Shown here in pieces: positions 22,138-33,748 of a stretch of 64,000 nt of DNA (position 1 is the first letter of the stretch; each line of letters opens with the position of its first letter). Location of the stretch: positions 20,522,001-20,586,000 of the forward strand of contig OZ249444.1 in assembly GCA_965235115.1 (NCBI GenBank), written 5' to 3'. Below the pieces are notes generated by a model, which was given only the letters and a program-made list of their open reading frames with translations, searched no databases and was not told where the DNA came from. This DNA comes from Laetmonice hystrix. Lineage: Eukaryota. A program made the translations under genes and the position numbers.

Positions 22138-25100
22138 ATGGCAGCCTCCAGAAAGTCATCTTTCCTCGCACGTGAGTGAAATATTTGCTCCCCAAATTAT
22201 GAGTGTGCATTGATTTTGATGGAAGACACTAATGCTGTAAGAAAGTGGGATATGCAAAAAATGAGTTCAATAGTCATAATGATGTCTCATTCTCAGTAGG
22301 CCTACTACACAGTGATGCAGACTAGATTGGTAAGGTTCCCCACTGGCACTGGGCCGGCCACCGGCGGCGCTACCGCGCACGCTTGCCACGGCACTGAGAC
22401 TGAGTCTGACCACAGATTAGCATACACAAACAGATTGGAAACGAGATAGGCCGATTTGAAACTTCCGGTTTTCGCCCGTGGCCACTAGTGACACCTGGCG
22501 AATGGTGAGATAAACTACAATGCGCCTATGGCAAGTTATGCATGAGCCCGGCTGGGAACGTCCTCAGTCCCATTTTGGACATAGGTTGGTAGCCTAGCGG
22601 GAAAATATGGCTACCCTGGGCATCCGAGTACCGTATTTTTTTTTTATACCTGCCACCAAATGCAGGTGATTTGTCAGATATGTTGTCCTAAACCTGTCAC
22701 GCCATGCTTTTCCTATGGAGGGCGTTTAGTTTATCTCCTCCGACGCATGGTGTCGCCACTGACAAATCACTGAATTGTGACGCCATCTTTGTTTCACGTC
22801 ATTACTATGGCTGTTTCCAATCTGTTTGTGTATGGTAATCTGTGGTCTGACCACTGACCATGCTGACTCAGTGACTATCTTGCCGGCACGACCCCCCCTC
22901 CCCCCCCCCCGACTGACAACACACAGGGGGCGGGCGGGGTTGATACCTTCACGGTTCAATGGATATCCACCCCCTGGCTTTGCATAAAATATCGCAGACT
23001 GGGGCGCCGTCTGCGTATGCCGGCAGAGGGCGTGATGATCAAGGCTGAAAATATCGCAGCTTATTTCTAATATGATTTAGGTGCTACCCAGGGGCGAGCG
23101 CAGTTTTATTTAGCCTAGCTACTACAGTTTTTTTTCAGCTTTCTAGACTATAGCCATATAGTCATTGATAATGATACGCCGGCCCGGGTGTCTGCCAAGT
23201 TAGGCCAAAGAATTGGAGAAAACGTCAGCGCCGGGAGTAACAGGTCACTTAGCAATGCCCATTGTCGTGTTATGACGACCACGGTAATATTGTCACGTCA
23301 CAGTAGAGTTTGGAATAAGCATGTGTTGATATTGTGACGTTACAGTGAAATCAACAGATCAGGTTCTAAATCCACAGTCTAGCAGGCTACGTTTTCCACC
23401 ATTTTCACTTCGGTCAAGCAGCCGTAAACGGGAGCGATTGGTCGTTACGTTTCCGACAGGCGATTTGACGTGAATAGTAGGTAGAATCAAATGGAAAAGT
23501 CACTAAATGTTTGGAATCTGTTTATAGAAGTGGCAGATAAGGAAGCGGTTTGTAGATTCCCATGCGTTTGGGAAATTTGAATTTCGATGCAGTGCAATTT
23601 AAGCCAATCAGATTGCTCTGATTTTGCCGGCTCCGTAATACCACCAAAACCTCCACGGATTTCCATATCCGATCGTTGCACGGTATGCAGCTCCTTGGGT
23701 ATAGAGCTCGCTTCGCGAGCCGCTTCGAGACTCGCTGCGCTCGCTATTATTGGGCCTAGCTACCTGAAATAGAAATTAATATGATGTAGGTGCTACCTAG
23801 AGCCCGGAGGGCGAGCGCAGCAACGGGAAGCGTATACAATATACAATGTCACGACTGGTCAATTGGCAGCACCGAACGTCGGGATATTGTGGCGTCACAG
23901 TGTACGGTATAATCAACAAACACTCACGCGACTGAATTTGTTGATAATGGGGTACATTAGACGCATGCACAATGGGGATTTCCAGTCAAATCCGCAAGGC
24001 GGCAGGACCTGCACATCGCTCATTGCTGGAGTACCAGGGCTTGTCCTTTAAGGTGTGCAATTGCACGTGCGCCATGGCGCACCTAAAATGGGACAGAGGA
24101 GTGCAAAAAAACGCGCACATCCTTGCAAAAATAAAACTTGAAAATTCACACGCCTCGGACTACTTGTAATGTATACTATATGTGCTTGTAGCCTTGTACC
24201 CTGGCAGTAACCATGTGCCTATGGTTGATCATTAACAGAAATTAAGACGTATGGGATGTGTGACGGTTGCGAGGATACACACTATTACACCTCATCTGAC
24301 CCAAAAATAAATTATGCGCCTACCACATTTTAGGTGCACAAAAAAAATGCGTGCCTACCTCTTTCAAGGTGCACAAAATTTTGTGCAACTGCTTTTTTCA
24401 AAGGACAAGTCCTGGAGTACATTAGCACTAGCTTAGATAGGACGACGAAATGCTAATGTACTCTAGGATGACCTAGCCTTATCATTACGAAATAATATTA
24501 ACTCATAAGGACTAAAGTGAATGAAAGAAGTCTAAAAATTGTCATACCTCTTTAGAACAAATGTCGGTATGGCAACCAGCCACAGATTAGCAGATATCAG
24601 CCTATCTAATTCTATGCTAAAATGTCTCCATCACTATGATCAGAACCGCTTGCACAGTGCTGCCGCCATGCGGAAAACACGGCATCAATGTACCCATTGT
24701 GACGTCACAAATCACACACGCTCTGCAAGGGTCACATGACCCTTCATGGATTTCTCCGTGGATTTGCTCCATGGTTTTTCCGGTTTCGGTTTTACGTGAC
24801 GAAATTTTTTTGTGAGACGGTATGTGTCGCCTTGGCTACCCTTTCACACACGTGTGTTGTCATAGAGCTCACTTCGCGAGCCGCTGTGCGGCTCGCTGCG
24901 CTCGCTATATAATAGATAGTGGCTATAGTACTAGTAGGCCTATAAGTAGTATTACTATTACTAGTAGCCTAGTGTGGTAACATATTTAAATTTGAATGAC
25001 TATGACAATCCTAATTGTTAAATCAGAATGGTACTAACGTATAGGCCTCGTCGTTAGAGTATAGACAAAAGGACTACAGTTGTTTTGGGGAGAAACTCAA

Positions 25101-28100
25101 ATGGTAGTTTTATTAGTGAATGGTGACCTGCCCGCCTTGGCGCCGCTCAATACACCTGCGTGGTGTACAAGGCTGGAGTCGGCTGGCTCCGTGTACAATT
25201 AAACAGACGGTCACAAACACACTCTCACGGCTGGCAGCGCGGCGATGCGGTTTTGGAATATATAAAATGAAATATGCTGTACCTAAATACAAAATAACTG
25301 GTCGTTGGCAAACGGCAGAGTGCAGCAGCGGCACACAATTCAAAGTGTGGCAATAAAAAGGTAAACTCACCAAAGGTGCATAAACGAGGACACTCCGTGA
25401 CCGGCAAACTTGGTAAAATGTAAAGTCATAAAATGCTAATTAACTGACTTCAGCGAATACTTGACAAGGAAAACAGCGTTCCAACAGTCGTGCTCTAGCA
25501 TGGCAGAATCTTCGCAGGCGTAGCAGCAGGGGTTCTTCCGTTTCTTCCGTTTGTTGCCGTTCCATTTGTTGCCGTTCCGTTTGTTGCCGTTCCGTTTGTT
25601 TTTTAGGTTAATTAGCGCGCCGCTTATAAAGGGCACGGAGAAAACAAACCAATTAGTGTACATTACATATGATTGGGTCACTGAGGTCACATGGATACGC
25701 TGGCCCTCTAAATTTAGGTGTGAAACACAAAGCGCCTGGTAAAACTCTAACTGGCTCATCAATATTCATGTGGACAATTAAACAAAGACATTTTGCCCTC
25801 AACTGAATATGATAGAATAACTTTTACAAGTGGACAGATATGAACAAATCATTAACATATGTGTTCTCCACGTTGGGAGGAACACAATGACATCCAATAT
25901 GCTACCAAACTATGCATGGTTGGTAAACGGCATATTTACCAACAAAATTAATAATAACGCCTTAATTATGCAGAGTAAAGTTAAACCATTATCGTCAGCC
26001 GATAAAATACATTCTCTGGAACGTGCATATACGTTTACAAGTTGTCGAGAATAAGGCAGCTGTAGAAAGTGATGTAATAACCTGAGCTGGCACGCGTTAA
26101 CAGGTTGCCATAAAAATACATACTGAGAAACATGCTGTAACGTCATAACGATTGTATAGTGTCTCTGGGTTCCAAGGAAAAGGGTATCCAGTATAAACTT
26201 TATGAGAAATATATATAGGGAAATACATTTGTACAGGAACCCAGAAAAGAATGTTTAGAGACAATTTTAAGGTAGACAAAGGAATGCAATATGGCTGCCC
26301 TTAGTTAAAGACGAAGCCGTCAGTGGTATATGGCTGGCGCTAGTGGTTAGAAATAGAGGTGTTAGTAGTGTGCCATATGCACAGTACGATAGTACCATCA
26401 GAATCCTATGCTGCTGTAGCATCAGAACTTAGTTACGACTATAAACATGTAACGGGATGAGGGTCTGGTACATCCTGACTGCCATTGTGAGGTTGGTCGA
26501 TTACAGGAAAACAATTACTCACCCATTAAGTTGAGACAAATTACCTGCAGGGTGACCTAAATGGTCAAGAGAAGGTTGCCCAATCAGGTTTATATTGCTG
26601 CGGGTGAGCGTTGATTTCCACCCCTGCCCATCCCCACAGACTCATGGCAAAAAGTTGAATTTTTCTAGCCCAGTGCCTTAGTACAGTGTTGAAATGATCA
26701 AATCTTTATTGTTTTGCTCATTTCTTTAACAATACACATTTCTTGAATGACATTTTTTTTCTCTGAGGCAGTGCGAGGTACGCAGGGGGTATGGTTAATG
26801 GAAGGGCCAAGAAATGCTCATGCAGTCGACAGATTTCCTTGTGGAAAAGGCTCAAGGACACGAGCTATGGCCTTCAGTAAAAACGGCACTCTGATGGCAT
26901 ACTGTGATGGCCGCAGGTATGTGTGTGGAAGTTCTCATTAGCTGTAACATTGTTTTGAACATTCAGTAGAAATGAAGAATTGCATAAAAGTAGGGCTGTC
27001 TCTTCCTGTGGAATGGATATTTTCTTAAGTAAATGATAATTAATTTTGTGAGGTTTGGCACCTCTTAACTCATGGTTCAAGAATTAGATTTAGAAAATGT
27101 GAAAATAAGAAACTATTCCTTGAAAGTTGGTGATTTTCTCTTTTTTTTCATTTATAAATTAAGAAAAAAAAAGTATGTTCCAGATAGACATCTTCATTCA
27201 GTTTATGGTTTCAGCATGGGTTATAAAACCCAGAGATGTTTAGTGACAGGAGATGTGGTCTTTCTTGCAGAGTGGTAGTTGTTTCTTTACCAGACTGTGA
27301 GATTCTCCTTGAAATTGATCGTCCAAGAACAGCAGAGCTGGTGTTCTCACCTCGTAACTCTGTTTTGGCCATGTGGGAGTCCTACCTTGGTAAGAAGCTT
27401 TATTCTCACAAATTACATTTAAATATGGCACTCATCCAGTAGTTGATTTGATGTAAACAGTGATGATAAGACCAACATTTTGTATTGTTCATAATATCTG
27501 CCGGGTCCATAGGTTCCTTTCTGTCAATTACAAGTCAATCCCCGGCCAATTCTTGTGTTTGTAATGGCGGGCTCAGACAGAGCGACGCGACTGCTTGCGA
27601 CGCAACTCTATCGTCGCGTCGGCCTGTCTGAGCTACCTTGCAACGCAATTTTGGCCAGTTGCAGTTGCGTCGCAAGACATTAAACATGTTTAATATTTGG
27701 CGACTGGTCACAACTGGTTGCTTTGTCTGAGCGGGCTGCCAATGCGACTGGACCGTTGCTAGCGGTAATAACCAATAAGAGACAATCATTTATTGTTCCC
27801 GTGACGATTACAACGTCACAAACTAATTGTGACGTAATAAGGTTGCTGTAGCACAGCGATCGCGTTGCTCTGTGTGAGCTCCCCCGTCTCTCAGTCGTGT
27901 GCAACTTGCGATTCAGTGCAACTGTTGCGGTTGCAAGGAATCGCGTTGCATCGCCCTGTCTGAGCCCGCCATTAATCAAATACTGCACCAAATAATTAAT
28001 GGCAGTGGACTTCCTCTCCAGTTTGAAGGCACTGTTGGATTGTTGGTCAGTGGGCCAATTTTTCATCAACTCATTTTGAGCAGTTGGTTTTGAAGGCCAG

Positions 28101-31100
28101 CATGGGTCCCACAGTTGTATTATGTGGTTATATTTCTGTGCAGTGTCTCCTGAGATTCCAACTGGGAGGCCCAACCTACAGTTCTACGATATGAAAACTG
28201 GGAAACTCCTCAAAGAATTGACACAGAAAAAACAGCAGGGATGGTAGGAACTGATTCAAAATATTTAAGATAGTTTTCAAGATTCATTCTAAAGTCTAGT
28301 TTAATAGAATATTTCCCTCTTTTCTTCGGATGTGAGGTTAAATCCTCAGATTTAGCACATGCCTACTTTTGTGTGATCCTCACTGGCTTTGGTGGCTTCC
28401 CTGCAAGGTACGCTAGGTAGATTATTTTTATTCAGTCCATAAAGTGATCAGGAAATGTTTGTGGGACCAAAAAAAATGTATATTTCAGGAATCCCCAGTG
28501 GAGTGAGGATGAGGAGATCTGTGCACGGAATGTCAACAATGAGATTCACTTCTACCAAAACAACTGTTTTGGTATGTCAGTTGAGTTAGAGCAAATTGTA
28601 AAATTGGAGAGTCATTCTGGAATGGCAGCTTGCAGTTGGTGAATGTTTGAAGATGCATCAGTGGACCAAACTCCTTACAAAAGATGTATTTCTTGCGATG
28701 TATAAAATCAAACTAATCATAATCTGGAGAGAAAAAATGTGACATCTTTCAGGCAACTTTAATTGGTATGGCTTCTATATTTGAATTGATGAAGATAGAT
28801 CAAGGTTAATTTCATGTAATTCATTTCAGAATACCAAAAAATGTGTTCAGATTGTGAGGGATGCGGATTTTAAGGAAGCCGATTAAAGGTCCGACGGTAT
28901 TTGATTGCAACTTAATATAAGGACACAAAAATATTTTGCATTGCAGACATGATTATTAACAAGCTTCATCTGCAGAAAGTTGCGTATTATGCCTTGTCTC
29001 CCAAACCATCTGCTCCACACTACCTGGCTGCATACGTTCCTGGTGCCAAGGTAAAACTTTCCTCGTTCTTTGTCTCTTTAAAGGTTTTCAGTTTTGTAGC
29101 TCTTACAGATCTATCCTCCTTTCAATAAAATAATTCAGAGGGTAAACTTTGATGATAATATACAGTGGCTGTCTATTTTGAAAAGCATGATGAAAAAACT
29201 TTAAGAAACCTGTCGATTCATCAACCCTTAACCCTATGCCGGCGACGTTTGTTACGTCACAGTCGTCACAGAGGCTGACCCAGTTTTGCGCACCACCCCA
29301 CGTGGGCGAGCCATTTTGGATTTTCGTCTCAAAAAAAGTGCCTCAAGGCATCGTCCGCCCTGGGGCGGTAATGCCTCAAGGCATCGTCCGCCCTGGCACG
29401 GTAATGCCTCAAGGCATCGTTCGCCCTGAAAGAGTTAAATGGATGTGTGCCGGTTGATACAATTGGTATTGTGGTGGCTTTAGGGACAGCCGTCATTTGT
29501 ACGAGTTTATCAATATCCAAACTTTGGAGGGCCCAATTCTTCACTTGCCAACAAGAGTTTCTACAAGGCTGACAAGGTGGATCTCATTTGGAATAAGAAA
29601 GGTATAAAATTATAGTCACTCTGGGTGGGATCATGTTGTTTAAAGGAGTAGTCAGCAAAACTTGGTTCAGTCGCAGAGCAACTCTGATCAACAACTTGAT
29701 GCAGCCAAAAATCTACTTTTAAAACGTTTTGTCATTTCTCTCAAACTTAGGAATCTGGTGGATGTATTTGCCTTGATGCTGACGATTGTTTGCAGGAACT
29801 GCACTTCTTGTGCTGACGGTCACTGACACTTCTGCTGAATCGTACTACGGCGAGCAAGGTCTTCACTTTATAAACACAAATGGAGAGACATGCTTAGTTC
29901 CCAGAAGTGAGTCTAATAAATTGACTAAAAAATACCTATCTATAATTATGCAGATCTCTCCAGATGTTGGGCAATATACCAATATAGGTCATGAAAAAGT
30001 CATGGAATTTTGTCTTGACTCGGGGTATGAGTCCTGTATATGGTCTTAAAGGACCAGGTGGGAGGATTGAATGGAAAATTTGAAATGCTTGAAATCTGTG
30101 ATTGCTAATAGGACTAAAATTGAGTCTCATGAAAATATAACCTAAAGATCTAATATTACTCTGGAGGTGTTGTTACTTGAAAGACTAAAGCTAATGTTAA
30201 TGCCGAAACCGCACACCTTTTGTGTTTGATTTAGATAATCATTGTCTGTTTACTCTTATATCTAGGCAAAAATGGCCCAATCTACTCTGTGGGATGGAAT
30301 CCTAAGTCCACTAACTTCTGTGTAGTGTATGGATGTATCCTTAGTAAAATATATTTATTGTAAAGCTTCAATAATGAGTCATGAATAACAGTGTTTGGAG
30401 TTTTGCTTGAGGCATTTTTTCTTAGATGCGGTATTATAAGTGATGTTAAACTTTCAGGCTTCCATGGTATTCTGTGTGAATGATCTTAACTAGAACCCAG
30501 TCATGCCTGCTAAGGCCACACTTTTCAACCTCAAGGCAGAACCCGTCTTTGATTATGGAACTGGTCCGAGGAATATCTGCTACTTCAACCCACAGGGCAA
30601 CAATATCCTTTGGTTATCCCTTAACCCCTTCCTGACCAACAAATATCAAGATCTGGCATAATGAAGTAGACATTATATTAATTAAGGTCAGATCGTAATG
30701 AAAGATGAAGTAGATATATCACCAAGTGAGACATCAGTTTGGAGCTTATATCATGTGGAATTTAAAAACGAACAGAAAAGAAAAAAATTCGGTTGCTATG
30801 GTAACGACAGCTTCTTCTAATTTATAGGAATATTTTCCTAAAAGCTATGATTTTTCAGCAATTTTTTTATGAAAACCCCCATAAGTGGTAGAAATATCAA
30901 GTAAACGTAAAATTGTCTTGGACAAAAGTTGTTCCCTTTATCATTTCCTATCAAATCACGCAAGTTTTGTGTAATTCGCACAATTTTGTCCAAAGTTAGG
31001 TGCACGTGACCTGCTGTAGGCGTCGGCCTAAATTCGACAATATGTCACGTGATCCGTACTACCGCACTGGACCATTGCAGGATTCTCATACATTTAGAAT

Positions 31101-33748
31101 AAATTTGGATTGTGTCCTGCATCGTAAATTATTTGTAAGAATTCACATTTTGGTATTTTATTTATTTTTTTAATTTTTGCGGGTGATTGGAGGATCAGGC
31201 AGGATCGAGGATGCCCCTGCGGTTGGCATGGTAATGTAGGTAGTAGTTTGGCAATAAGATAATGCAGAAAATTTATAACATTTTACCATTTCAGGCTGTT
31301 TTTTGGTGTCCCTGAATGCCACATGAACGAGAATTTGGTTACAAAACATATCTTTGTAGCAAGACTGAAGGGAGTACAGGAAGGGGCTCACCCCTAAATT
31401 TTAGGCAGCCCGGGGGGGGGGGGGATGCTCCCAAGCATGGGCTTTGGTCTTGACCCACTCCGAGTCCAACTGTTATCTGGCCAGACATGCAGTGGGGCAC
31501 GAGATCTCACCCCCACCCCAACTGTGAATCGCCATCACTTGGGGTTAAAAGGTGTTTTAATTAGTAAATCCCTGCATAATTCACCAATCTTGTGGGGGAA
31601 AACAAGATTTTTCTTTTTTTGTTATCTGATAAGCTTGGGGTCAAAGGTCATCGTACATATATGTACGATTTTTGCATTGTCGGTCAGGAAGGGGTTAACA
31701 GGTTCACCAAATTTTCTAAATACGATTTTAGAATTTGACCAAATATATTGAGACAACTCGATTTCAAGCATTTTGGACTCAGGAAAAGCATTACATGTAG
31801 TGAGTTCTTAAGGATAAGTTGTCAATATTTCTTTGATCTGGTTTGGAAACATTACAGATAGGTGAGGTGGGGAAGGGCTGTGGCTTTGAATGATGCCAGG
31901 TTAACAATGATTGTGTAAACCCTTGACGAGAAAACTCCTGTGCCTGGCGGGTTTTGGTAACCTGCAGGGTAACATAGAACTGTGGGATGTCCAGAAACAA
32001 CAGTTGATGAGTAACCCGAAGGTTCCAGACACAACACACTTTGAATGGTGTCCCGATGGGGAACACATCCTTACCGCCACCACATCGCCAAGGTTACGGG
32101 TCTCGAATGGGTGAGTCTGAGAGCTGCACAACAATCCGATACTTCATGTTTTTAGATGGGAAGAATTGTCCACTAGAACTAGATTTCCCATTAAGTGTGG
32201 ATTTGATATAAATGTTGGGCCGTGTCTTTCCCATTTTCGGTGTCAACAGATACAAGTTGTGGCACTACACAGGACCTGTGTTTTACGAGGAGAAAACTCC
32301 TGATGGTCAGGAATTGTGGGAAGTCATGTGGCAGCCGGCACTGGATGGGACTTTCCCTCCACCTCGGCTCAGTGGAAACACAGCGGCTGTCACTGCTGCC
32401 GTGACGCCCGATGCACCCTCTATGACAGCTGAAGGTTTGTGACCTTTCTGGTGGAGTGGAAACATGGATGGTCTGGCTCTCAGGAGATAAAATAGCTTGG
32501 ATAAACCCCATGTTTAGAATACGGTACTATTATCTTTTGTTGTACATGGTGTTTTAGTATCCTAAAATACTTTTCTTAAGTTAATATTGATCTTCAGTTG
32601 TAGCTGGCACATATATTCCTCCCCACCTGAGGAACAAAACTGGAACTGCACCAAGTTCCCGGCCCAAGTTTCGGGAGGAATACGAGCCTCCTTCCAACAT
32701 GAAGCCCATGGAAGGTATGATAACTACTCACTCTCCGTGTCGTTTTGGGGAGATAGAGTATGATGTCAGGAGAAAAGTTTCTAGTCATTAGACAGAAGAA
32801 ACTTTCTTGTGTCCAATTCAGACCTTTAGCAGACAAGACATACTGTATGATATCTGAGTCAGGTTGTTTTTGTTTGCTTAAACTTTATTGAGTTCACTCT
32901 TTGGATTATTCACTTCAGAGAGCATGTCGAAGGCAGCATTGAAGAACAAGAAGAAGCGGGAAGCTAAGGCACGTAAACAGCAGGAACAGGTGCCTGAGGT
33001 AGGTGCACCTTAAGTGAGACGGACTCTGTCTCAACTGCCCTTGTGGCTGGCAGAAAGTCTTAATGCTAGGGAGCTTCAGGATCAAAACACTATAAATATG
33101 GATTTAATTGTTGATCTGATAATCTGGAAATTTGCCGTATCATCATGATAAGAAATGCCATGTTTCTTTACAGCCTGAGCCAACCAAACAGCCGAGTGCA
33201 GCCGTCCCCGAGACTGCCGTTAGTACGGGAGATCCCGACAAGGACAAACAAATCAGGGCTGTCAGAAAGGTGAGTCTGCACTAGGATTGACGTCTGAACC
33301 CAGTAACAAATATTGTGAGAGGATATGCTTTAATTTTTGTAAACAATCTTTAAGTCGCTAATTATAGCATTTTTCTTTAGTGACTAAATTGTAGTCATTT
33401 GGAACATCGAACAAAGTTCTTCAGGCTGTGAATTTTTTTGTTTACAGAAGTTGCAACAGATTGAGAAAATTAAGGAGAAGCAGGCCTCAGGAGCAAAGTT
33501 GGAACTTAACCAGGTGAGAACTTAGAGAAATATTACTAGGAACTACAGATTTATTTTTTTAAATTACAAATTAGTTTCATTTGTATCTCAAAGCTTAAAA
33601 TGGAAGTCATGTAGGAAACAGTTGTGCTTTATGAAAAGTCTGTTGGCATAATTATCTGAGTGTTTGCTGACTGTGTTGTGTTTGGTAGCTGGAGAAACTG
33701 AAGACGGAGGAGAATCTGCTAAAGGAGTTGAATGCCCTGACGTTGTGA
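22138..33748 (+). CDS. EIF2A: Eukaryotic translation initiation factor 2A, 587 aa, 17 exons
   Basis: Exons: 22138-22171, 26772-26916, 27271-27389, 28144-28243, 28489-28571, 28947-29050, 29484-29601, 29796-29906, 30266-30334, 30501-30602, 31936-32110, 32250-32434, 32598-32714, 32919-32998, 33174-33269, 33448-33513, 33689-33748 (1764 nt). Motifs PSFVRLYQYPNF, SYYGEQ, YGFMPAKAT, LAGFGNL, WCPDGEHILTAT, PRLRV, YIPPHLRNK. Confidence 0.97.
23068..23745 (+). mobile_element. Helentron-associated (HINE/DINE-1-like) non-autonomous element, copy 1
   Basis: Subterminal IR GCGAGCGCAG (23094) / GCTGCGCTCGC (23734-44). The 5' end TAATATGAT.TAGGTGCTACC and the 3' end ATAGAGCTC.CTTCGCGAGCCGCT are shared with the adjacent copy. 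Confidence 0.5.
23777..24906 (+). mobile_element. HINE/DINE-1-like element, copy 2 (hosts a nested hAT-like MITE)
   Basis: Subterminal IR GCGAGCGCAGC (23811-21) / GCTGCGCTCGC (24895-905); 3' hairpin GAGCCGC-TGT-GCGGCTC (24878-94). Confidence 0.5.
24035..24414. mobile_element. hAT-like MITE with 6-bp TSD
   Basis: GAGTAC|CAGGGCTTGTCCTTT ... AAAGGACAAGTCCTG|GAGTAC. Confidence 0.75.
27562..27974. mobile_element. MITE in eIF2A intron 3
   Basis: Perfect 19-bp inverted repeat TAATGGCGGGCTCAGACAG / CTGTCTGAGCCCGCCATTA, including probable TAA/TTAA-type target bases. Confidence 0.75.
29233..29435. mobile_element. piggyBac-like mini element with 33-bp tandem repeat
   Basis: TTAA flanks at 29229-32 and 29436-39; three 33-bp units each containing (A/G)TGCCTCAAGGCAT. 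Confidence 0.6.
30335..30500 (+). other. U12-type GT-AG intron of eIF2A
   Basis: 5' splice site GTATCCTTA; branch-like ATCTTAAC ending 10 nt before the 3' end; no polypyrimidine tract. Splicing restores YG-F-MPAK. Confidence 0.9.
30603..31935 (+). other. U12-type AT-AC intron of eIF2A
   Basis: 5' splice site ATATCCTTT; branch CCCTTGAC ending 8 nt before the 3' end, which reads ...GAAAAC. Splicing restores PQGN-I-LCLAGFGN. Confidence 0.92.
30625..31694. mobile_element. piggyBac-like MITE inside the AT-AC intron
   Basis: TTAA|CCCCTTCCTGACC ... GGTCAGGAAGGGG|TTAA; perfect 13-bp TIR. Confidence 0.85.

Noticed and set aside
25436-25762. 108-aa ORF with KRNGN repeats
   Set aside because: It is the translation of a 15-bp tandem repeat (CCGTTTGTTGCCGTT) in eIF2A intron 1.
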